Shown here piece after piece: positions 19,544 through 27,264 of a DNA stretch of 64,000 bases; the first letter of the stretch is position 1; each line of letters opens with the position of its first letter. The stretch is from the NCBI GenBank assembly GCA_964428505.1, contig CAYRYQ010000003.1, positions 803 through 64,802 of the forward strand, written 5' to 3'. This DNA is from an uncultured Eubacteriales bacterium (GTDB lineage: Bacteria > Bacillota > Clostridia > Oscillospirales > QAKW01). A model generated the notes under the pieces. That model saw nothing but the letters and a program-made list of their open reading frames with translations. It ran no database searches and was not told the DNA's origin. The translations under genes were made by a program, and so were the position numbers.

Positions 19544-20980
19544 ATGCAAGACGTTGCAATCATCGGCTGTGGCATTGTGGGCGCCGCAGCAGCCTATACG
19601 CTGTCCCAATATCAGCTGAAGCTTTTGATTCTGGAAAAGGAAAACGATGTGGCGATGGGCGCCACCCGCGCCAACAGCGCCATCATCCACGCGGGCTATG
19701 ATCCGCTGCCCGGCACCCTGATGGCCCGGCTGAATGTGGAGGGAAACCGGATGACGCCCGCTCTTTGCGCGGCGCTTAGCGTGCCGTTTCAAAAAATTGG
19801 CTCGCTGGTGCTGGCCTTTTCTGAAGCGGAGCTAAAAACGCTGCAGGCGCTTTTCACGCGCGGCACGCAAAACGGCGTGCCGGAGCTGCACCTGCTGGGG
19901 GCCGATGAATTGCGCCGGCTGGAGCCTGCGGTTTCAAAGGAGGCGCTGGGTGCTTTATATGCCCCCAGCGCCGGGATTGTGAACCCTTGGGAATATGCGC
20001 TGGCTCTGGCGGAGGTCGCGGTGCAAAACGGCGCGGAGCTGCGGCGGTCTTCCCCGGTGACCGCCCTGAAAAAGCGGGACGGTTATTATGAAATCCAAGC
20101 CGGGGGCACGCTCTTTCAGGCCCGCTGTGTGATCAACGCAGCCGGGCTCGAAAGCGGGCGGATCCATGAGATGCTCTGCCCCAAAGCCTTTACCATCGCG
20201 CCCAACAGCGGGGAATACTATCTGATGGATAAGACCGAAGGCACCCGGGCGCGGCACGTGCTGTTTCAATGTCCCAACAAAGACGGCAAAGGTGTGTTGA
20301 TCGCACCGACGGTGCACGGGAATCTGATTGTGGGTCCCAACGCGCGCCCCACCGACGGCAAACGCGTCAACACCACCGCGGAAGGCCTGCAATTTGTGAA
20401 GGAAACCGCGGCCAAAACCATGAAAACCATCGACTACCGGCAAACCATCCGCACCTTTGCGGGGGTGCGGGCCAACAGTGACCAGGCAGATTTCTTTATC
20501 CAGGAATCCGCGCCGGGGTTCATCGATCTTGCCTGCATCAAATCGCCGGGGCTCACCGCGGCGCCCGCCATCGGGCTTTATTGTCTGGAACTGCTTCGAA
20601 AAGCGGGGCTGCCGCTCCAAAAAAACAATGCGGCAAAAACCAAACGCACCCAGATCCGTTTCAAGCAGCTGAGCACGGCGGAAAAGAAAGCGCTGATTCG
20701 GGAAAACCCGCTTTACGGGCGGGTGATCTGCCGGTGTGAAACCATTACCGAAGGGGAAATTACCGCGGCGATCCATTCGCCGATTCCTCCCTGCTCTGTC
20801 GATGGCGTGAAGCGCCGGGCCGGCACCGGAATGGGCCGCTGTCAGGGCGGCTTCTGCGGCCCTAAGGTTTTGGATATTCTTTCAAGGGAGCGGGGGATCC
20901 CCCCCTTGGCGATTTTGAAAGACGGGGCGAACAGTGAAATTCTGGCTGCAGAAACCAAAATGGGAGGGGAAAAAGAATGA
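19544..20980 (+). CDS. FAD-dependent oxidoreductase (GlpA/LhgO-like glycerol-3-phosphate dehydrogenase family) with a BFD-like [2Fe-2S] domain
   Basis: 478 aa. N-terminal DVAIIGCGIVGAAAA dinucleotide fold. C-terminal ICRCETITEGEI ... GTGMGRCQGGFC. Confidence 0.85.
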   Translation: MQDVAIIGCGIVGAAAAYTLSQYQLKLLILEKENDVAMGATRANSAIIHAGYDPLPGTLMARLNVEGNRMTPALCAALSVPFQKIGSLVLAFSEAELKTLQALFTRGTQNGVPELHLLGADELRRLEPAVSKEALGALYAPSAGIVNPWEYALALAEVAVQNGAELRRSSPVTALKKRDGYYEIQAGGTLFQARCVINAAGLESGRIHEMLCPKAFTIAPNSGEYYLMDKTEGTRARHVLFQCPNKDGKGVLIAPTVHGNLIVGPNARPTDGKRVNTTAEGLQFVKETAAKTMKTIDYRQTIRTFAGVRANSDQADFFIQESAPGFIDLACIKSPGLTAAPAIGLYCLELLRKAGLPLQKNNAAKTKRTQIRFKQLSTAEKKALIRENPLYGRVICRCETITEGEITAAIHSPIPPCSVDGVKRRAGTGMGRCQGGFCGPKVLDILSRERGIPPLAILKDGANSEILAAETKMGGEKE

Positions 20981-22236
20981 TACAGCTTGTGGTCATCGGC
21001 GGAGGCCCCGCCGGGCTTGCCGCCGCATACAGCGCTTATCAGCAGGGGCTTACCGATATTTTGATTCTGGAACGGGATCAGGAACTGGGCGGCATTTTAA
21101 ACCAGTGCATTCATAACGGCTTCGGGCTGCACCGCTTTAAAGAAGAGCTGACCGGCCCGGAATACGCGGCCCGCTATATTGAAATGCTGCAAAGCACCAA
21201 GGTTCAGATCAAGCTGGACACCATGGTGCTGAAAATCACACCGGACAAGCAGGTGCATTACATGAATACCCAAGAAGGATATCAAATCCTTCAGGCCCAG
21301 TCGATCCTGCTGGCCATGGGCTGCCGGGAGCGCACCCGGGGCGCGATTGCCATTCCCGGCGACCGCCCCGCCGGTGTTTTCACCGCGGGAAGCGCCCAGC
21401 GCTACTTGAATATGGAGGGCTATAGCGTGGGGCGCCGGGTGGTGATTCTGGGCTCCGGCGATATCGGGCTGATCATGGCCCGGCGCATGACGCTGGAGGG
21501 TGCAAAGGTGCTGGCCTGTGTGGAGCTGATGCCCTATTCCGGCGGGCTCACCCGCAATATTGTGCAGTGTCTGGAGGATTATCAGATCCCCCTTTGCCTT
21601 TCACACACCATCACCGCCATCGAAGGGCAGGGCCGTGTGGAGCGGGTGCGCGTTTCCAAGCTCGATCAAAACAAGCGTCCCGTGCCCGGCACAGAAATGA
21701 TTTTTGACTGTGACACGGTGCTGCTCTCGGTGGGGCTGATCCCCGAAAACGAGCTGACCCGGGAAGCGGAGATCGTGCTGGATCCCCGCACCCGGGGCGC
21801 GGTGGTCTATGAAAATATGGAAACCTCCGTGCCCGGCGTCTTCGCCGCCGGGAATGTGGTGCATGTGCATGATCTGGTGGATTTTGTTTCACAGGAGAGT
21901 GCCAAAGCGGGCGCCGCCGCAGCCGACTATGTGCGAACCGGTCCTCGCGGCGGCGTGGCGGTTTCCCTGCAAAATGGAGACGGCGTGGCCTATACCGTGC
22001 CCCAGAAGATCCGCCCGGACGTTGTTGCGCAGAGCGTCGGCATCTTCTTCCGGGTCAACCGGGTCTCCAAAGAAAGCGTCATCGAGGTGACCGGCAACGG
22101 CCAAACGCTGGCCCAATTCAAGCGGGAGCGGCTGGCACCGGGAGAAATGGAGCAAATCACGCTCTCCAAAACCCTGCTGGAAAAGGCGCAGGGCCAGCCT
22201 GTCACCGTATCTGTGAAGGAGGTGGATCCCGCATGA
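20977..22236 (+). CDS. NAD(P)/FAD-dependent pyridine nucleotide-disulfide oxidoreductase (second subunit of the trio)
   Basis: 419 aa. VVIGGGPAGLAAA and ILGSGDIGLIMA motifs. ATGA overlap with the upstream gene. Confidence 0.85.
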   Translation: MIQLVVIGGGPAGLAAAYSAYQQGLTDILILERDQELGGILNQCIHNGFGLHRFKEELTGPEYAARYIEMLQSTKVQIKLDTMVLKITPDKQVHYMNTQEGYQILQAQSILLAMGCRERTRGAIAIPGDRPAGVFTAGSAQRYLNMEGYSVGRRVVILGSGDIGLIMARRMTLEGAKVLACVELMPYSGGLTRNIVQCLEDYQIPLCLSHTITAIEGQGRVERVRVSKLDQNKRPVPGTEMIFDCDTVLLSVGLIPENELTREAEIVLDPRTRGAVVYENMETSVPGVFAAGNVVHVHDLVDFVSQESAKAGAAAADYVRTGPRGGVAVSLQNGDGVAYTVPQKIRPDVVAQSVGIFFRVNRVSKESVIEVTGNGQTLAQFKRERLAPGEMEQITLSKTLLEKAQGQPVTVSVKEVDPA

Positions 22237-22577
22237 AAGAGCTGATCTGCATTGTTTGCCCCAGAGGCTGTCACTTAACGGTGGACGAAACACAGGATTA
22301 TGCCGTCAGCGGAAACCGCTGCCCCCGGGGCGCGGTTTACGGGCATAACGAGCTGACCAATCCCACCCGGGTGGTCACCTCCACCGTGCGGATCGAGGGC
22401 GCGCTTTACCCGCGGCTGCCGGTGAAGACCGACCGGCCGGTGAAAAAGAGCGCCGTCTTTTCGGTGATGGAACAGATCAACCGGGTATCGGTTCAAGCGC
22501 CGGTGCGGATCGGCACTGTTTTGGTCCGCAATATCGCCGGAACCGGCGCCGATCTGGTTGCCGCAAAAAACGCCTGA
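22233..22577 (+). CDS. DUF1667 domain protein
   Basis: 114 aa. CIVCPRGCHLTV...GNRCPRGAVYG. ATGA overlap with the upstream gene. Confidence 0.85.
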   Translation: MKELICIVCPRGCHLTVDETQDYAVSGNRCPRGAVYGHNELTNPTRVVTSTVRIEGALYPRLPVKTDRPVKKSAVFSVMEQINRVSVQAPVRIGTVLVRNIAGTGADLVAAKNA

Positions 22578-22600
22578 GCAGGCGCCAAAAGAGCGCATAA

Positions 22601-22650
22601 AGAGGGGGAGCCTTTTCCGCACCCACGCGGAAGGCTCCCCCTCTTTTTTT
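22601..22650 (+). terminator. Rho-independent terminator
   Basis: AGAGGGGGAGCCTT ... AAGGCTCCCCCTCT followed by TTTTTT. Confidence 0.85.
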
Positions 22651-22669
22651 ATAAAGGAATTGCGGCTGC

Positions 22670-22703
22670 ACTCAGCGACCGAAGCCACTCAGCAGCCGAA
22701 GCC
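22670..22703. repeat. Tandem 17-bp direct repeat (two copies, two mismatches)
   Basis: ACTCAGCGACCGAAGCC / ACTCAGCAGCCGAAGCC in non-coding DNA beside the truncated gene remnant. Confidence 0.7.
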
Positions 22704-22735
22704 GCCCGGCGGCATTCACACACAGAGAACCGCCA

Positions 22736-23107
22736 CTAATCTTGATGCGGTGGAGGAAGCGGCCGAGCCGCCCGTGTGGAGGCGGTCAAATAGGTGGTGC
22801 CGCCGCTGACTGTGGCGCCTTCCGCCTGCACCTGAATCTGTCCATCGCTTAGAGCGCCCCGGATCCGGTAATGGCCGGCATCCGTGAGGGTGATTTTGCT
22901 GCCGGACACGCTGGCGCCGCTTCCGCTCACAGCAACGCCGGAGCCGGACAACGTGATCTCTGTGTAACTGCCCACCCCGCCTTCATCCACGCGGGCAGGG
23001 ATGGTCACATTTTCTTCGGAACTGCTGTCGTCATTGGCAGATGCATCCTGCGATGCTTTGCTGTCATCCTGCGCGGTTGCCGCATTCTTGTCCCACTGAA
23101 TGCCGCC
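22736..23107 (-). pseudogene. N-terminal fragment of a carbohydrate-binding (Cthe_2159/DUF4353-like) lipoprotein, 3'-truncated
   Basis: After LLSGCGG the ORF reads ...YTEITLSGSGVAVSGSGASVSGSKITLTDAGHYRIRGALSDGQIQVQAEGA and stops about 130 aa in. As I recall, family members are several hundred aa long. The junction coordinate is approximate. Confidence 0.45.
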
Positions 23108-23633
23108 GCAGCCCGAAAGCAACACCGCTACAAGGATCGAGATCAGCAGGGTAAGCTGATTGTTCACCCGAACAGTGCTGGCAATGGCCGATACCGGCGC
23201 TTCAATCGAGAGATACCGGATGCTGCCGTCCTCCAGGGTCAGAATACCCCGAATGGCCAAAATGTCGGTTTTGCCCTTGGACAGACGCTGCACAGACGGA
23301 TTTTCCGTATAATCGTTCATGCTTCTGTTCTGCTGGCCGCCGTCTTTCCCGAAGGGCTCCGGCAGCTGCTGCGGCTGATTGCCCTGAAACCCGGAAAACC
23401 CTTCCGCCCGGAGGTATAGATCAGCTGGCCGCTCTCATCAAAGATTTCCACCTGTAAAAAGCTTCCCTCTTCATAAGAGCGCACGAGATCGCCCAACCGA
23501 TCCGTATCGTCCGTATACTGCGCACTCAACGAATATACAGGGTTTTGATGTTCTGCTTCTGCTTTAGGCCCATCAACGCCACAATGATCACCGCGACCAA
23601 AAGCGTGGTTATTATTTTAATGGAATATTTCAT
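23108..23633 (-). pseudogene. Sensor histidine kinase remnant: TM1, sensor region and TM2 only, with two frameshifts and no HAMP/HisKA/HATPase
   Basis: ATG at 23633 overlaps the response-regulator stop (ATGA). MKYSIKIITTLLVAVIIVALMG... hits TGA at about 23528. It continues in a second frame (SAQYTDDTDRLGDLVRSYEEGSFLQVEIFDESGQLIYTS) and then a third (AEGFSGFQGNQ...SIRYLSIEAPVSAIASTVRVNNQLTLLISILVAVLLS). Confidence 0.65.
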
Positions 23634-24322
23634 TCCTCCATGGGATCAAACATATACCCCAATCCGTGGACGGTGCGGATCATGCTGCCGCAATCCAACA
23701 TTTTTGCTCTTAACTGTTTAATATGCGTATCCACTGTGCGGGGATCGCCTTCGTAATCATAATTCCAAATGGCGTTCAGAATCTGATTCCGGGTCAGCAC
23801 CTCGCGGGGATTGGTCATCAGATAGGTTAGCAGGTCAAATTCTTTCTGGGTTAAAATAACCGTCTTGCCGTGCAGCTTCATATATTTGCTCTTTAAAAAC
23901 AGTTCCACACCGCCAGCTGTCAAAACGCTGTTGCGCCCCTTGGCCGAGCAGCGCCGCAGCACGGATTCCAGGCGCGCCAATAAAATAGTGGGGGAAAAGG
24001 GCTTGCTGATATAATCGTCCGCCCCGCACTTGAGCCCCTGCACCTGATCATACTCCTGATCCTTTGCAGTGATCATGATCACCGGGATCAAAGAGGTGGC
24101 ACGCAGCTCCTTGAGCACCTCGAAGCCGTCCAGCTTCGGCATCATGGCATCCAGCAAAATCAGATCAATCTTGCTGCTGTTGGCGTAATAGACGTCCAGC
24201 GCCTGCTCGCCGTCTTCCGCCTCCAGGATCGTGTAGCCATGCCCTTTTAAATAAAGGGCCAGCATCTGCCGGATCTTCCGGTCGTCGTCTGCCACTAAAA
24301 CAATAATGTCCTTCTCATTCAT
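23630..24322 (-). CDS. OmpR-family response regulator (intact)
   Basis: 230 aa. Receiver domain (VADDD...DLILLDAMMP...ITAK) and winged-helix output (TVDTHIKQLRAK...IRTVHGLGY). Confidence 0.92.
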   Translation of the reverse strand: MNEKDIIVLVADDDRKIRQMLALYLKGHGYTILEAEDGEQALDVYYANSSKIDLILLDAMMPKLDGFEVLKELRATSLIPVIMITAKDQEYDQVQGLKCGADDYISKPFSPTILLARLESVLRRCSAKGRNSVLTAGGVELFLKSKYMKLHGKTVILTQKEFDLLTYLMTNPREVLTRNQILNAIWNYDYEGDPRTVDTHIKQLRAKMLDCGSMIRTVHGLGYMFDPMEE

Positions 24323-24374
24323 CTTCTTCTTTCTCCTCTCATTTTGACGCCCTTCCGTTTTCGGGCGTTCGTTC

Positions 24375-24890
24375 CTATTCTCTTACTCCTGCCATTTCTG
24401 CCAAAAATCTATCTATAAAGAATCCCTTGCCGCTTTCACAGTAGACAATGAAACCATCCGGTTTCCATTGCGGCAACGAATTACGTCCAGCATTGTTTTT
24501 TTCCGCCGAAGCATCTTTTAAAGTAACCCGGTAGGTCAGCTCATATAAGCTGCCCATGTTGGTGGCTTTGGATTTTTCCAGCGCCCATTTTTTGGTATGA
24601 TCCGCCACCAGATCTGTAAAAACCGTGGTATAATCCAGATCCTCCGGAATCACGATTTTCATCTGACGCTCTTTGCCGCCCCCGGATACCAGCAGCCGGC
24701 TCAAGAGGAAGAAAGCCAGCAGCACGATCACCGAGAACAAGGCTGCAAACGTAAGACAGCCCATGCCGGTGGCAAGCCCCAATGCCATGGATAAAAAGAT
24801 GATGCCAATCTCCCGGGCGGTCCCTTGCGCGGAGCTAAAACGCACCAAACTGAAAGCACCCGCCGCCCTCCTTCTCATAGATTTTCCCAT
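24375..24890 (-). pseudogene. DUF4956-family membrane protein remnant (N-terminal part missing, frameshifted tail)
   Basis: Begins mid-family at AGAFSLVRFSSAQGTAREIGIIFLSMALGLATGMG. After an A7 tract (T run at 24496-24502 on the plus strand) an alternative frame reads MLDVIRCRNGNRMVSLSTVKAARDSL, which resembles the family's usual tail. Confidence 0.5.
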
Positions 24891-25553
24891 ATTTGGAGAA
24901 AGATGTGGGATAGATTTTAAGTTCCGATAAAATCCCGGTCAGCCACAGCGGCATTGCGTTGGAAACCTTGATTTCAGCAGATTTCCCGGCAGCGGATAAG
25001 GGGTGCAGCCCCGATCTCCCAGCGTGAGATCCGGGCGATCCCATCGGTAACGGATCCGCTCGTCAAACGTCATCCGCACCGAACGGTCTTCGGTTTCGCA
25101 ATAGGCCTGCCGGTCATAGGCCGGGTAAGAACGCGGCCTGAGCTGATGGGTGCTCCGATAGAAATCCAGCTCCGCGGAGGTCTGCCGCTGTCTGCCACCT
25201 TCATGGTGCCGCCGACCAAATAAGCAGGCATTGCCCGCGGTGTGGTCGCGATCCGTGGCTTATATCCGACCTTCTTGAACTTTTTCTTCAGCTCCCGGTA
25301 AACGGTGCTGTCCACCTCCGGAGTGCCATAGCTGCGCAAGCGCATTTTTTCTTTAAACAAAGGGCCTTCCAAAGAATAGCGTACATTAGCGTACATTATC
25401 AAAGGAATTGTTATCAAAATAAAGATTCTCCAACGTATAGGCGCCGTAACGGTCCTCCGTTACAAAGAGAGCGATGCGGTTCAGAAACCGCTCCTTTTGC
25501 AGATCGCTGAGCAGATACTTTTTCTCTGATCGCTCAAATAACAGGATTGCCAT
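24835..25553 (-). pseudogene. VTC-domain (polyphosphate polymerase domain) protein, multiply frameshifted
   Basis: ATG 25553 with GGAGG RBS: MAILLFERSEKKYLLSDLQKERFLNRIALFVTEDRYGAYTLENLYFDNNSFDNVR, then a stop. The sequence resumes in other frames: YSLEGPLFKEKMRLRSYGTPEVDSTVYRELKKKFKKVGYK, then QTSAELDFYRSTHQLRPRSYPAYDRQAYCETEDRSVRMTFDERIRYR, then AEIKVSNAMPLWLTGILSELKIYPTSFSKYGKIY. Confidence 0.75.
25378..25397. repeat. 10-bp perfect tandem duplication that breaks the VTC reading frame
   Basis: AGCGTACATT AGCGTACATT. Removing one copy restores ...FDNVRYSLEGPLFKEK... in frame. Confidence 0.9.
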
Positions 25554-25676
25554 TGTTTTTGCCTCCTTTCACTTCACTGATAGTATACGGATACGGTGTG
25601 ATGTTTTCGTGAAAAGAAGCGGCTTCAATTGTAAATAAACTTTAAATACACATGTGGATATGATCTAATGCAGATT

Positions 25677-25690
25677 TTATAATATTATAA
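25677..25690. promoter_or_regulatory. Perfect 14-bp palindrome TTATAATATTATAA (possible operator or promoter element)
   Basis: Self-complementary, in an AT-rich spacer upstream of the VTC pseudogene. The half-sites equal Per/Fur-box half-sites but lack the central base. Confidence 0.25.
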
Positions 25691-25735
25691 CACAATTCAT
25701 CACACGAAATCAATAAGAAACTCTCGTAAAAAAAT

Positions 25736-25774
25736 AAAAAATGGCGTTTTTTTGAAAAAAAACGCCATTTTTTT
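25736..25774 (-). terminator. Rho-independent terminator
   Basis: AAAAATGGCGTTTTTTT G AAAAAAAACGCCATTTTT palindrome, immediately after the stop of the 25776..27191 gene. Confidence 0.8.
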
Positions 25775-25775
25775 A

Positions 25776-27191
25776 TTATCCAAGCAAATAAATGGGAATT
25801 ATTGCCAAAGTGGGTCTTCCAACCAATGAAATTTCAAGGCAGACCCGGCTGATGGGAGGCAATTGCGTCTCTGCCGTGAGGCGCACTTTCCAAACCGTTC
25901 CTTCCGGTTTTTGGTGGTCCAGATAGAGGGTGCTGGTATAATCCGAAGCGTGAACCCCTTCCGGCAGATGCAGCTTCAGATCTGCATAGTGCGGATCCTT
26001 CATCTTGTTCATGATGAGCACCCGGATCTCCATCGACACGCCCGGCGCAAAACAGGGTTCCTGATCCATCAACACCTGCACAAGCAGCGCGGAGGATTCA
26101 AACGCATCGTAATAATATCTGGCCTTCGGAATGCGGAGCGGCTCTTCCTTTTTTTCTTCGAATACCGACGCGCCCTCGCCAAATTCCGCGTGAACCCCGT
26201 TTGCTTCCAGCACCGTCGGAACCAGCTTCAGCACCTCGTCTGTCAGGGCGGCGCAGCTTTTATACTTTCGCACCCGCCGGTAGGAAAGATCCACACACAT
26301 GGTTTTGATCTCGTCGCCGATATAAGAGGACCAGTCCTCCGGAATGCCGCGGCTGCCGTAAAGGAGCCCTAAAAAAGCGCCGACCGTGCCGCCGGTACAG
26401 TCTGTATCATCCCCGCAGTTGATGGCAAGAATCATCGAACGCTTGAAATCGCCACCGCCATACAGCAGCCCCAGCACCGCAAAGCCCACATTGGCGGGCG
26501 CCTGAAACCAGCCCAGATCCCGACTGTCTTCCAGCAGCAGCTCCCGGGTCTTCATCCAGTCTTCCCCCCGGTCAAAGGCCGCCAGCACCAGGCGAACGCT
26601 TCTGGCCACCCGGCAGTCTTGCGGAATGGCCGCAAGGCTCTGCTCAATGATCGGCCGGATCTCGTTTTGCACAAAGGCCAGGCTCTCCATCGTCACGGTA
26701 AACTGTTCCGCCCAGCTGCCCTCCCCGGTTCCGTGATCCACTGAGGCGTCCATCCAGGCGTATTTCCGGGCGATGTCCGGATATCCCGGCGCAAGGCAGG
26801 CCCAAATCTCCGAGCGGATCCAGGCGCCGTTGGAATTGCGCCATTTTTTGTTTTGATAATCGCCGCTGAAGGGCGGCAGCAGCCCCCGCTTTAAATTGCT
26901 CTTGCCAATGCCGTATTCGTTCCAGTGCGGTGAAATATAGCTGACCCAATACTCCCCCAATTCCCGCGCGGAAAGCTGATAGGGGCCCACCTCTTCCATC
27001 GCGCACAGCCAGATCAGCTGCAAATCCAGATCATCGTTGGGCAGCGGCTCCCCTTTTGCAGAGGCATAGCCCGTAATGTCCAATTGCTCTCGTTTTCCTT
27101 CATAAGGGGTGCCCATCGTGCCCCCAATGTTTTTTCCGACCCAGCAGGCATGAATTTTATCCTGCAGCTCCTGTTTGTTCAGTTTGGTCAT
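25776..27191 (-). CDS. ADP-ribosylglycohydrolase family protein with an extra C-terminal domain of about 150 aa
   Basis: 471 aa. CWVGKNIGGTMGTPYEG, DDLDLQLIWL, INCGDDTDCTGGTVGAFLG. The C-terminal 150 aa match no family I recognise. Confidence 0.85.
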   Translation of the reverse strand: MTKLNKQELQDKIHACWVGKNIGGTMGTPYEGKREQLDITGYASAKGEPLPNDDLDLQLIWLCAMEEVGPYQLSARELGEYWVSYISPHWNEYGIGKSNLKRGLLPPFSGDYQNKKWRNSNGAWIRSEIWACLAPGYPDIARKYAWMDASVDHGTGEGSWAEQFTVTMESLAFVQNEIRPIIEQSLAAIPQDCRVARSVRLVLAAFDRGEDWMKTRELLLEDSRDLGWFQAPANVGFAVLGLLYGGGDFKRSMILAINCGDDTDCTGGTVGAFLGLLYGSRGIPEDWSSYIGDEIKTMCVDLSYRRVRKYKSCAALTDEVLKLVPTVLEANGVHAEFGEGASVFEEKKEEPLRIPKARYYYDAFESSALLVQVLMDQEPCFAPGVSMEIRVLIMNKMKDPHYADLKLHLPEGVHASDYTSTLYLDHQKPEGTVWKVRLTAETQLPPISRVCLEISLVGRPTLAIIPIYLLG

Positions 27192-27213
27192 TTCCGTATC
27201 CCGTCCTTTCCTG

Positions 27214-27234
27214 ATGGTAAAAAAATTTTACCAT
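27214..27234. promoter_or_regulatory. Perfect 9-bp-stem hairpin / inverted repeat in the spacer between the AraC gene and the ADP-ribosylglycohydrolase gene
   Basis: ATGGTAAAA aaa TTTTACCAT, 23 nt upstream of the ATG at 27191. Confidence 0.4.
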
Positions 27235-27264
27235 GGAATGGGATCGCGGTTCAAGAACAGATCT

